Below are positions 44,398-54,392 of a DNA stretch of 64,000 nucleotides, one piece after another. The notes under the pieces are model-generated. The model saw only the letters and a program-made list of their open reading frames with translations, searched no databases and had not been told where the DNA came from. Source of the DNA: Savitreella phatthalungensis. Its lineage: Eukaryota. The DNA is taken from assembly GCA_051599415.1 (NCBI GenBank), contig AP039695.1, positions 310,001 to 374,000 of the forward strand. The letters are read 5' to 3'. Both the position numbers and the translations under genes were made by a program. The stretch's first letter is position 1, and each line of letters begins with the position of its first letter.

Positions 44398-46776
44398 ATG
44401 GCGCTCAGGCAGACTTCATCGTATCAGCCGCTCCAGCGTAGCTTTAACCGCGCCAGCGGTTCCCCTGCTCTATCTCAACCTCGATCACGATGCGCATCCT
44501 CGACTATTCGGCAATCTGTCTTCGGCCACATGCGACCGTGCATCGCCTGCGAAGGTCTCTTCTACTTTGACAACATCTATCCACTTCGCTTCTCTGTTTT
44601 CGACATCCGTTACTGGATCAGACGGCTCGATCCTTCCGCCGGAAATCGCATTATCAGTCAGGCAATTCCCGCTGACCTTAATCTCAGTATCGCTCAGCTT
44701 TACCCACAGCCTAGAGAAGGTGGACTATTTGCAAGACTGTCGTGGTCGGACGAGTCGTTGACCTCGCGGGCTGTGCTCGCAGCGATTGACGAGCATTTGC
44801 AAAAAAGTCCCATCAGGCCGGGTTTCAATCCCTTCGCATCAGTCCGAATATTCCCAGTCAATGGTCAGCCATGGTTGGAAGACATGCGACGTTTTCCGAG
44901 CCCGCGGATTCGCATAGACTATGACGGCCCAGCACCGAAGGAAGAGCGGCTCTTCGAACTTTTTCGACCATTCGGGAATATCCGTGACATCATCACAAGC
45001 GACAAGACTTCGCCTGTCATCCTTTTCTCAAGGGTGCGAAGCGCGACGAGCGCAAGGGCATGCATGCATGGTTATCAAGATGGCGCAACGTTGCTGAGAA
45101 TCGTCTTCATACGAAAGCTGCGGAAGCAAGCCATCCTCGACTGGCTGTCCGGGCACCTGCGAATTGTGCTGCCAATCTTAGCCGCGCTGATCGCCGGCAT
45201 ATCTGTGTCGGTCTTCGAGCCTATCAGGTCGTGGTTTATTCAGCAAAAGATCAGCAGGTCCTTTCACTACGAGGACTCAAGAGTCGTCCAGTGGCTTGTT
45301 AGCGGTGCCCGAGGTCTTTTGGACATCCACGGCGCGGCAGCTACATCAGCAGGCGTCCGCGGGACATGGTTTGAGCGCGAGACGACGAAGGCTCAGCTCG
45401 CTACTTGGCTAGCGGATGGTACGTCCAATTTTATCGTCGTTCATGGGCCGGACGGCACCGGAAAACGAGAGATGGTAGAGGACACCTTGCGAGGGCGATC
45501 AAACGTCCTTTACATGGATTGTCGGGCACTCGTGAACGCTCGCGGAGATGCAGCCACAATCTCAGAGCTTGCATCCCAGCTAGGGTACAGGCCGATCTTC
45601 TCGTGGATGAATTCCATCTCTTCTCTGGTCGATCTCGCCGCACAAGGACTCGTTGGCGCATCGACAGGCTTCAGTGAGACATTAGACACTCAAATGAAGG
45701 CCATATTTGCCACAAGCGCTAGTGCCATGCGTTCAGTGTCCCTTCGTGGACGAAAAGCCCAGAAACCACAGCCACGGGATGAAGAGTACTTGGAAGCCCA
45801 TCCCGAAACTCGAGTCATTCTCGTGGTGGACAACTTCCTATACAAAGCAAAACAGTCCATGATCATCTATGACAACATCGTCAGGTGGGCTGCGCTACTG
45901 ACACAAAGCCGCGCGGCTCACGTCATCTTCGTGACGAGCGATCCCGTTACTTGGCAGCGCTTGTTAAGCAAGGAATTGCCAACCAGAACGATTCGCTCTC
46001 TCCCTCTCGCGGACGCGGAGCCAGAAATGGCGGTCGATTATGTGTGCCAGAATGTGAAAACTCAAAAAGTCTTTCAAGGCTTTCCTGAAGATCATTCCGG
46101 ACGGGCAGACCGATCTGTCATCCTTAGACAAGTCGAGATACTTGGTGGTCGGTTGGACAATCTTGATTTGCTGAGTCGGCGATTGAGCAACGGCGAAAAC
46201 GCCGATGAGGCGACGAACGAAATCCTGCGTCAAACGTCTGAGGAGATCGTCAAACTCTACTTTGCCAGTAACGAAGATGACGGCTGGACTCGTGTCCAGG
46301 CTTGGGCAGTGCTCAAGGCTCTTGGCTCAGCTAGACAAAATCCGGACGTGCACCACAGCGCGCCAGGCATACGATTTCAGCGACTCATCCTTGATCCAGT
46401 TCTGGGTGCGAATGGTGGGACAATCTTGCGCAAGCTTGAGGAGGCCCAAATGATCTCCATCTCGAGTGAAAACGGATGCCCTGCATACGTTCGTGCGGGC
46501 AAGCCCGTTTACGATGCAGCCTTCCGGCGTTTGCAGGAAGACGTCATATTCTGCGCCAGTTTGGAGATGCAATACTTGGCAATTCTGCTTTCTCAAGAGA
46601 CGGAGACGATTGCAAAATGCGAGAACGAGCTCGCCCTGCTGAAGCCGATGGTGAACAACATACAAGTACGCTCGCGAGTTCAACATCTATTGGATAAATT
46701 GGAAAGGTCCCAGGCATCGATCACTAGGCTAGAAGCTGCGTCAAAAGCTGAAAAATCCGTGCTGATGACTGCTTGA
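44398..46776 (+). CDS. YME2: Mitochondrial escape protein 2 (RNA12/Yme2 family)
   Basis: Presequence-like N-terminus, FDNIYPL, PREGGLF, GQPWLEDMRRFPS, RRM, one TM segment, FIVVHGPDGTGK, LVDLAAQGLVGASTGFSETLDTQ. Confidence 0.92.
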   Translation: MALRQTSSYQPLQRSFNRASGSPALSQPRSRCASSTIRQSVFGHMRPCIACEGLFYFDNIYPLRFSVFDIRYWIRRLDPSAGNRIISQAIPADLNLSIAQLYPQPREGGLFARLSWSDESLTSRAVLAAIDEHLQKSPIRPGFNPFASVRIFPVNGQPWLEDMRRFPSPRIRIDYDGPAPKEERLFELFRPFGNIRDIITSDKTSPVILFSRVRSATSARACMHGYQDGATLLRIVFIRKLRKQAILDWLSGHLRIVLPILAALIAGISVSVFEPIRSWFIQQKISRSFHYEDSRVVQWLVSGARGLLDIHGAAATSAGVRGTWFERETTKAQLATWLADGTSNFIVVHGPDGTGKREMVEDTLRGRSNVLYMDCRALVNARGDAATISELASQLGYRPIFSWMNSISSLVDLAAQGLVGASTGFSETLDTQMKAIFATSASAMRSVSLRGRKAQKPQPRDEEYLEAHPETRVILVVDNFLYKAKQSMIIYDNIVRWAALLTQSRAAHVIFVTSDPVTWQRLLSKELPTRTIRSLPLADAEPEMAVDYVCQNVKTQKVFQGFPEDHSGRADRSVILRQVEILGGRLDNLDLLSRRLSNGENADEATNEILRQTSEEIVKLYFASNEDDGWTRVQAWAVLKALGSARQNPDVHHSAPGIRFQRLILDPVLGANGGTILRKLEEAQMISISSENGCPAYVRAGKPVYDAAFRRLQEDVIFCASLEMQYLAILLSQETETIAKCENELALLKPMVNNIQVRSRVQHLLDKLERSQASITRLEAASKAEKSVLMTA

Positions 46777-46812
46777 GCGGTTCAGCGGGTACGTTCTTTG
46801 TGTGGAAGAAGC

Positions 46813-47820
46813 TCACTTGCAGCAATAACCGCCGTCGACGACGATGTCACTTCCGGTCGTGTAGGTTGACGCGTCTGAGGCGAGGTACAGGTAGACCCCC
46901 TTTAGCTCGCGAGGGTCGGCTTCACGTCCCATAGGCGTGAGCTCGTGCCATCGGTTCTTGACCGCGGGAGTTGTAAAGTCAGAAATCTCCGTGTCTATGT
47001 AGCCTGGAGAAACTGAATTGACACGGCACCAAGGCGCAAATTCCACGGCGAGCGAACGGGCAAGGTGAATAATGCCGGCCTTGCAAGCATTGTAACAGCC
47101 CTGGTGGTTTGGTACGTTGGCGATGTGGCCTGACATAGAGGCAGTGAAGATAATGTTGCCCTTGCCCTGCTTCTCAAAGTGGTGGGCGGCCGCTTTTGCG
47201 CACCAAAAAGCACCATTGAAATCAGTGTTCACCACTTTGTGCCAATCATCAGGCGTGGAGTCCAAACATCCAGCTTGTGAAGGTACGCCTGCATTGCAGA
47301 TCATGTGGGTCAGCCCTCCAAAATCCTGGATCACCTTGTTGACGCACTCTTGGACATGCTCGTAGTCTGCCAAGTTGCATTGATAAGCCTTAGCCTTGAC
47401 CCCATAGGTTTTTTCGATGTCTTCGCAAAACTTCTCAGTCTTCTTAGACGAATTGTACCACAGAGCGACATCTGCACCAGCCTCAGCCATAGCTTTACCG
47501 ACCTCGTGGCCAATACCGCCGGAGCCGCCAGTGACAATTACGACCTTACCCTTCATGGAGAACATGCTCATGACACTGTCGCTGAGCTGCGGCTTTGGCA
47601 GTGGCATTTCTTGCGCACGCACGTATTTGTTCAACCCGTTATTCTTCTCGGATGTCATGACAGCGGTGGAAAAGCAAACGTTCGAGGGAGTCTGAGACAC
47701 TTTATAGCCTGGTCGACTTGCAGATCGGCTGCTTTTATAGGATCGAGGTGTGAATGCAACACAACGGTGATAATGCGGTAGGAATTGCCGGAAGATAGGT
47801 GCGACTGCTGAGCGACTCAT
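46813..47820 (-). CDS. Short-chain dehydrogenase/reductase (sorbose/L-xylulose reductase or mannitol dehydrogenase type); alternative ATG at 47658
   Basis: TGGSGGIG, NAG, TASMSGHIANVP, YNACK, RVNSVSPGYIDT; start codon ambiguous (47820 or 47658). Confidence 0.9.
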   Translation of the reverse strand: MSRSAVAPIFRQFLPHYHRCVAFTPRSYKSSRSASRPGYKVSQTPSNVCFSTAVMTSEKNNGLNKYVRAQEMPLPKPQLSDSVMSMFSMKGKVVIVTGGSGGIGHEVGKAMAEAGADVALWYNSSKKTEKFCEDIEKTYGVKAKAYQCNLADYEHVQECVNKVIQDFGGLTHMICNAGVPSQAGCLDSTPDDWHKVVNTDFNGAFWCAKAAAHHFEKQGKGNIIFTASMSGHIANVPNHQGCYNACKAGIIHLARSLAVEFAPWCRVNSVSPGYIDTEISDFTTPAVKNRWHELTPMGREADPRELKGVYLYLASDASTYTTGSDIVVDGGYCCK

Positions 47821-48429
47821 TCGGCTCGTAGAGTTCGCGTTCTCTGAGAGGCAGTAACGGAGACGGAGTTCCAAACCGTTTGACGTAAATTGAACCCTTT
47901 TTTCCCGACAGTGACCCATCCCGCATAAATTCAGATTCCCGTACGGCTTGTGGCTTCAACCTGACCTGTATCAATTGACCAAAATTGCCCTAGAATTCGA
48001 AAGCCGCTGGCCTACGGAACAAATACCTTGGTAGTCTCAGTCCTCAGCGCTCAGTTCTAAGCAAATTGATTTGTGTGAATGACGTCAAAAAAGGATCACC
48101 TTGAAAGTACGAATTCTCAACATGACTTTTCAAAGAATCTATGGTGCCCAGTATTTTTGCCAAGCAAGGCGAATGAGGAAGGAAGCATTGAGTTTGCAAT
48201 AACACGATAACTGCCTAGTGTTGGTCGCATATAGTCTGGCCGCTAGATTCCGTCGTCAGGATCCTTGCTATTCGGCAAAACGAATAGAGCAATGCTTGCT
48301 GTCCGCACGAGTGACAACTAGGTGGAGTGTTCGAGGTCTCGAACAAGCATCGCAGAGAGCCGCTTCCGCCTGCTGGCTTTGCGGGCGATGGCGAGACGTC
48401 GTTTCTTCGCGAGCTGCCGCGCAGGGTCG

Positions 48430-49227
48430 TCAATTCCTGTCGAGCTCTCGTCGTTGCCTGTTGAGCTCGCGCTCCTGTAAGACGTCTTGCGTGGTTGGAA
48501 AGTCGACGTCCCAATAAAGATCCCGAGATTTTTGTTCAGCACGAGTGATTGACTTCCGAATTGGAGATTCTTCGGCTTCTTGGTCATATCGGCGCTTCCA
48601 TCGCATTGTGTCATGTGATTGGTGTGGGGCGCTTCCACATGGTGCTCCTTGTGTGTCGAGATGGTCACCCGTCTCTGCTCGATGTTTAGGCATCGGAGCG
48701 GTTCTATTCTGAGTTGAGACCGTGGCTACTGCATTGTATCGCAATCCTGTGTCATCTGGCGATGGTTGTGCCCTTACATATTGACGTTGCAATGAGCTCG
48801 CTGCACATGATCGATCAGTGTTCAGTATTGTCTCGGTCTCTGACTTGCCGTCAGCTCGACCGGTCTCCCTTATTTCTGTTTCCGCAGAGGGGTCTGGCGA
48901 CACACAAATATGGCGGGACTCTGATCTTCGCATCTCGTTCGCGGCCGGAGTCACAGCCATACAACGTTGCGCGTCATGAGCATCAAGCCACAGTCTCCAG
49001 CAACCTCGTTCTTTCTTGAGTCTGCGCTTCAGTGTTTCCACAATACTCAGGGCTTGGTGTAGCTGTTCTCGGAGATCCTTGACGGCATTTGCATCAGCCT
49101 GCGATTGATTCAGAGCTCTCAGCTCCATGCGTAAAGAGCTGTTCTCTTGCGCCAATCGCATATTCTCCCGACGCAGTGACTGCAGTTGGGCAGATGCCGT
49201 TGAACGATCGCTCATGTCCTTGTGCAT
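48430..49227 (-). CDS. Sae2/Ctp1/CtIP-like protein (divergent); 5' end uncertain
   Basis: N-terminal coiled coil and C-terminal YWDVDFPTTQD resembling the conserved W-x-x-D/G-F-P-S/T-T-Q motif. Confidence 0.55.
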   Translation of the reverse strand: MHKDMSDRSTASAQLQSLRRENMRLAQENSSLRMELRALNQSQADANAVKDLREQLHQALSIVETLKRRLKKERGCWRLWLDAHDAQRCMAVTPAANEMRRSESRHICVSPDPSAETEIRETGRADGKSETETILNTDRSCAASSLQRQYVRAQPSPDDTGLRYNAVATVSTQNRTAPMPKHRAETGDHLDTQGAPCGSAPHQSHDTMRWKRRYDQEAEESPIRKSITRAEQKSRDLYWDVDFPTTQDVLQERELNRQRRELDRN

Positions 49228-49557
49228 TGTGAGCAAAGGATGATTTGATGACGCGATAGCCCGTCACCTCAAAGTCGACTTCCGCATGTACGAATGACGA
49301 CAAGCACGCGAACTGGTGGGGCGGACCGGAAATGACGTTCGAGTGCAGCAGACAAATGCCGCATAGACAATGTTTTGAATGTCGCTGCATATTTTTGTGA
49401 AGCATACTTGCGGGATAAAACGCGTCGCGCCAGACCGAGCCCCTGCAACGTCCTACTTAGATACTGGCGATCCATCGTGGCAAGGGTAAGAATCGAACAG
49501 TCGAGCTAGGAGGGAAGGTCTGCCTATGATCAAAGACATGATCGGAAATGCTGCTTG

Positions 49558-50188
49558 ATGTTTGAAGTGCTGAGGCCTCTCGATCAGAGCGGCTATCGCG
49601 GTCAACGCGAGCTCGGGAATCTCGCATGCTGGACCGTTTCGTCCGCAAAACCAGGTTTTGAGATTGACAATGTCCGGGACAGCTCTCTGCAGACCTTCTG
49701 GCAGTAAGCGATGAGACAATCGTATGACTCAGGGCATCTCGACTGACAGTGCCAGATCTGATGGTCCGCAGCCGCACGAGATCAATGTACACTTTGTGCG
49801 ACGCGTTTCACTTCGAACGCTTGCGATCCACCTCGATTACACCCTTGATGAATCCTACACTCCGCAGAAGCTCTCGGTCCGCAGTGGTACATGCTATCAT
49901 GACCTGCAGGAAGTGATGCTGTTAGAGCTACAAGAACCAGGCGGATGGCTACATTTTGATCTTGGATCTCATGGCAAGCACGGAATTCTTAAGACTCACC
50001 TTGTGCAAATATGTGTGCTGGTCAACCACCAAAATGGCAAGGATACACACATCCGTGCTATCAAGCTGTATGGCGATGGCTTCTTCGATGACAGTCTCGG
50101 GTCTAGCGCGGCACAGATAGAAGATGTGCCGGAGTCTACTATGCGTCACCTGACTGCACGACAGGACGATTGGTTGTCACTAAGATAG
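49558..50188 (+). CDS. APC10: APC/C subunit 10 (Doc1); exons 49558-49703, 49756-50188
   Basis: Intron 49704-49755 joins RELGNLACWTVSSAKPGF...QTFWQ|SDGPQPH; DYTLDESYTP; NHQNGKDTHIR. Confidence 0.95.
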
Positions 50189-50200
50189 CTCGTCAGCGGT

Positions 50201-51444
50201 CTAGCGGGCATATCTCATGATTGACCGCATAGCATAGATGAACCCGATGCCGGCCCCAAGTCGCAGTACGGAGCAGCTGATAATTGCTGCGAAGATCTGA
50301 AGTCTCGTCAGCAATGATAATCACATGAGTCCAAATCGCCACCTCACTTGTTCGTTCCACAGCATCATCGCACGGCCGGCGTAATCCATGTCACCATCGC
50401 TCCTTTTCGCCACGTCAATCGTCCAAAGGGACTGACGGCGCGCCGATGCTTGACCACATAGGACCCGCAGAACAGCTTGAGTATCGGGAGCAGTAAAGCT
50501 CGGATATTGCCAGAGAGAAATAGCGTCGTAAGGTGGGAGAAGTCCAAGAAGATCTGTCATCACTCCGAGCGTAAGACCCCACTGTCGCGCTGTCAGTAAC
50601 CGCATTGCCGTTGAGTTATTGCACCCACCATTTGAAGCTGTGTCTGCGTGTCGGGCGGAACTGAACTCCGTGGTCGCAGCTGAATAGCGCAGAAGCGCAT
50701 CTGCCCAAATGATTGAAGGACAATGTCCGGTGTCCACCAGGGAACGATTCGACGCAGCCTACCGGCGATGTCGACGAGCTCAAAGCTTCGATTAGTCGGG
50801 TCCAGGAGGCTGTCTAGACTAATCCAATGCGCGCTCTCAACCTCGCTTTCCTGCAGCTTCAATTGCGGCAGCCCTGCCTTGCGCATGAGGTACACGTATG
50901 GGCACAGAGTCATCAGAAAAGTTTTTCCAAATCCTGTTGTGATCACGCGTTGATCTAGGCCGCCAACAAGCATGCATGAGTCCTCGTTCAGCGCGAGACC
51001 AACTTCCTCAAGAGCTTCACGTCTCTAACGATATTAGTTTTCTTCTTCATGTCATTTTCCATGCTCACCGCAGCCTCTTCGTCCGTCTCGTTCGGTTCCC
51101 GGCGTCCGCCCGGTAGTGCGACACTGTTGAACGTCAGTATCGCTCGACCTAGCAATAAGAAATGTGACCGACTGATTATTCCAACGATCGGACTCTCGTT
51201 TAGCCCTCTTGATAAAGAGCACATGCGGTTCAACCGAGCGAAACCACGACTTCTCAGCGAGATCTTCGATGGACACTGCCTCATCGAGCTCGTTTTCGAG
51301 CTTCGTTGAGTGCCAACCGATGACGACTGCGACCGAAGCGCGTTTATTCTTCACGTCCGAACTCGGACTGTCAAGGACACGCGCCGGACGAGCTCGTACA
51401 AATCGACATGCTTCAAGCAAGGCGTCGTTGCACATTTGATACAT
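50201..51444 (-). CDS. Nudix hydrolase (CoA-diphosphatase-like clade) with C-terminal hydrophobic tail; introns 51172-51124, 51068-51025, 50628-50582, 50347-50297
   Basis: Splicing yields VLFIKRA...DRWNNHVALPGGRREPNETDEEAARREALEEVGL (complete Nudix box), LQM|WGLTLG, and a last exon IFAAIISCSVLRLGAGIGFIYAMRSIMRYAR. Confidence 0.85.
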
Positions 51445-51644
51445 GATTAGCAGACACGATGCTTGAGCCTCTTTGATGGTGTATCTTCGCAAGCTGCAGG
51501 CGCATGATCGCAAGATCACGCCTTGGCAGTCGAGATCTCGCTGTCCTTGTTAGCTGCATGTCCCGATTCGGCAAAAGCAAGCGACGCGTGCCCAACAATG
51601 GATTTAGTCAATCTTCGTGACGAAATATAATCTGTAATAAAAAA

Positions 51645-53294
51645 TCAGGTCTTCCTGCGCAGAAGCGGATCTTGAGCTTCGCGAAGACGCGTGTTGAGAG
51701 TACGTGGGGCATTGATAGCTCTCTGCAAAGCTAAAGAGCTCTGCTGCATCTTGTAGGAAAGATCGTGAAATGCCTGAGCAAGAATGGTGTTCTCCTTGAC
51801 GAGATAGGCCTCACGCTCGCGGCCCTCTGGACAGTGCACCTGGGCCTCCTCACGTTGGTCATCTTTCGTCTGACGGTCATTGCGCTGTTCATCCAAACGC
51901 CCACGAAAAGCTGCGATAATGCTCCGCTGGCGAATGGCTATTTTTACGAGGTCATCAAGACCATACATCGACAAATCCGAGCTCCTTCCGCATGGTCCGG
52001 GGCTTTTAGGGGCAGCGGACGGACGATTTTCCGGAAAAGGAGCTTTGCTCTCTTCCGCGCTAGATGCTGGCTTGTCCTCCAATAGCGGGTCGAGTGAGAC
52101 AGGCTGCGCGTTCGCCAATTCATCAGCCAAGCGATAGAGTTTCTCCGGTGAAGACGGTCTGCTCGAGGACTTTCTCGGCAAAAAAGCTGCCTGCGTTTTT
52201 GCAATCTGTGCTTGCAGCAACAAGACTTGTTCAGCCATGCTTTCACAGTCCTTCAGCAGAGTCTGCCGGCTGTCCTCCACCGCCGTAAGCCTCCGCCGCA
52301 GAACGCTAGTCTCGTGACGACTGCTTTCCAATTGCCTACGAATTTCGATCTCCTCATCGCTTCGAGCTCTCTCGGAGCTGGTGGTAGATACTCTTTTACT
52401 TAGCTCCGCAATTTTGTGAAGATAGTGATGGTTGACCTTCTCCAATTCAGAAATGCGCTGTGTTGCAGACATTAAACGAATCTCGAGATCTTCGACGATA
52501 TCGTGCCCTTGCGGCTCGGCAGCTTGTTGAGCCAAAAGCATTTGTGCATCACGGTGTCGTTCCACAAGCTCCGCTTTAGAAGCCACTAAGTCTTGGTTCT
52601 CGAACTCGAGGTGTGCATACGATTCTTGCAACTGACCTAACTGCTTTGACAGATGTTGTTCCCGGGTCATGCTGCTTGCGTAGGAGTCGTTCTCCAACAC
52701 AGCTTCTCGGATGCCAGAGGCGCTCCGCCCGATTGAAGAGGAAGTCGACCACATTTGACGGGAATTGGAATAACGTGAATTGTCAATCTCGGCCCGCAGG
52801 GTGCTGAGTTGACGACGTAGGGATCGATTGTCCATCATGAGCTGAGCGCTTTCCGAAGGCACCCCAGTCTTCAGCTTAAAAGCTGAATCATCATCTCCAA
52901 ACCCTTTGCCGGTGACTTCTCCGGTGACCCACGTAAAGAGCTCAGCGAGCGCCTGTTGATATGTATTGGGTAGACCCTGAAGAATTTCTAGGTGCATCGA
53001 TCGTGCTGGAGATAACAATGCAAGTGCGAATAGAGCCGCGTAGAGCCCGTCGGCATCAACAATTTTTCCAAGGCGAAGATTATGTCGCTCTGCCTCACGT
53101 TGGATACGACTGGCCGCGTCTTTATCGGTCGCTACATTTGGTGTTACAATGCCGCAAGCGTCGACGAGGTGGGATACAGCATGCGATGTGAGGGGACATC
53201 CGAAGTCTTCATGTGTAATCGAAGGCGCATCGTGTGCGGATGTCACCGCAGCCAGCCACGCTTCTAAAGCAGCGGTCGTCACACTAGGTTGCAT
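51645..53294 (-). CDS. Hook-family dynein adaptor-like coiled-coil protein
   Basis: Likely ATG at 53294; ALEAWL...LALLSPARSMHLEILQGLPNTYQQAL resembles the Hook domain; long coiled coil; C-terminal ENTILAQAFHDLSYKMQ resembles the Hook cargo-binding tail. Confidence 0.65.
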   Translation of the reverse strand: MQPSVTTAALEAWLAAVTSAHDAPSITHEDFGCPLTSHAVSHLVDACGIVTPNVATDKDAASRIQREAERHNLRLGKIVDADGLYAALFALALLSPARSMHLEILQGLPNTYQQALAELFTWVTGEVTGKGFGDDDSAFKLKTGVPSESAQLMMDNRSLRRQLSTLRAEIDNSRYSNSRQMWSTSSSIGRSASGIREAVLENDSYASSMTREQHLSKQLGQLQESYAHLEFENQDLVASKAELVERHRDAQMLLAQQAAEPQGHDIVEDLEIRLMSATQRISELEKVNHHYLHKIAELSKRVSTTSSERARSDEEIEIRRQLESSRHETSVLRRRLTAVEDSRQTLLKDCESMAEQVLLLQAQIAKTQAAFLPRKSSSRPSSPEKLYRLADELANAQPVSLDPLLEDKPASSAEESKAPFPENRPSAAPKSPGPCGRSSDLSMYGLDDLVKIAIRQRSIIAAFRGRLDEQRNDRQTKDDQREEAQVHCPEGREREAYLVKENTILAQAFHDLSYKMQQSSLALQRAINAPRTLNTRLREAQDPLLRRKT

Positions 53295-54328
53295 ATTGCG
53301 AGGGAGATTGACGTCGGCGGCTGCCGCGGAGACCAAGATGTCGTACAGTGATGAAGGATTCCGATATGCTCCTGCTGAAATATGAAGATCCTGACTGATG
53401 AAGACGCTTCCTACCTCGTCGTACAGCAAAATGCTGTCTGTTCAATATCGGCAAAAGCATCGGCAATCCTCTACTGTAGACGTCTCAACCTGCATGCATT
53501 ATGCAAGCATCGAGGGTCGCCTGATGAAAGCTTCTTCCGAAGCTTATCTAGAGCGCTGGAAGATGTGTTGTATTTGGATGAACCTGACAGAAGTATTACA
53601 TAGCTCTTGCAGTACCATGAGAACCTGGTCCTACGAACTCCGTCTGTCACGTGCTTCCTTTCATCACTCTTGAGTCAACTATGACTTGCACCATTTTTCG
53701 CGGCTCGTGTTGAAAATACATGGATTTAGATTGAGAACCGATCAGGGTCAAGGATGGTCTGCACATTTAAGTTGTAGATGCGGCCACATTCATATTAAAT
53801 CGTGGAAGACGCCATGTAGTCGTTGGCTGGTTTTCTATTTCAATCATGACCTTTTGGCTGTCTCAGTTCTAGCTGTCCTGTGCAGACTAGAATATTGCTG
53901 TTTTCTCCATGCAGGACTTTCTGCCCTTTCTTCCTACAAATCCAGGTGCCCCTGGGTCAAATCTTGACTTGCGTTAGAATAGATAAATTACACATATATC
54001 TCAGTAAATCATCCATCACGACTCGATGCATTTCACATGTTGGCCATTCCGTGGTTCGAAATGCATGATTTCATCGCTTCGTGACCTCTGTTGATCCACT
54101 TCGCATTGACGTCCAACGCAGCAGTGCCTCAACAGGACTTTCCCGCTATTCGGCCGGCGTTCCTACAATCGGACACGCTAGCAGATCAAGACAGCAAGTC
54201 AAGTTGCGCGCATCAGCGGTCTTTGTTCGCTACGTCTCGTTGCTCTCGCGCAGCACAGGCTTTTTCCACGACTCTAAGCTTCCCAGAGCAAGTGGCGCGC
54301 AAAAGCCTAGTTTCGCCGCTTCAAGTCG

Positions 54329-54384
54329 GTGAGTGCGTTATTCGTCTACCTCGATCTGTCTAATAGTTGCCCATCTCTGAGCAG
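54329..54384 (+). other. Predicted 5'-UTR intron of HSF1 (56 nt)
   Basis: GTGAGT at 54329, CTAAT branch motif, GAGCAG ending at 54384, 8 nt before the ATG at 54393. Confidence 0.55.
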
Positions 54385-54392
54385 TGGTAATT

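Noticed and set aside
53300..54390. Heat-shock elements in the Hook/HSF1 divergent promoter
   Set aside because: GAA/TTC words are present (e.g. near 53526-53541) but not in the nGAAnnTTCnnGAAn spacing.
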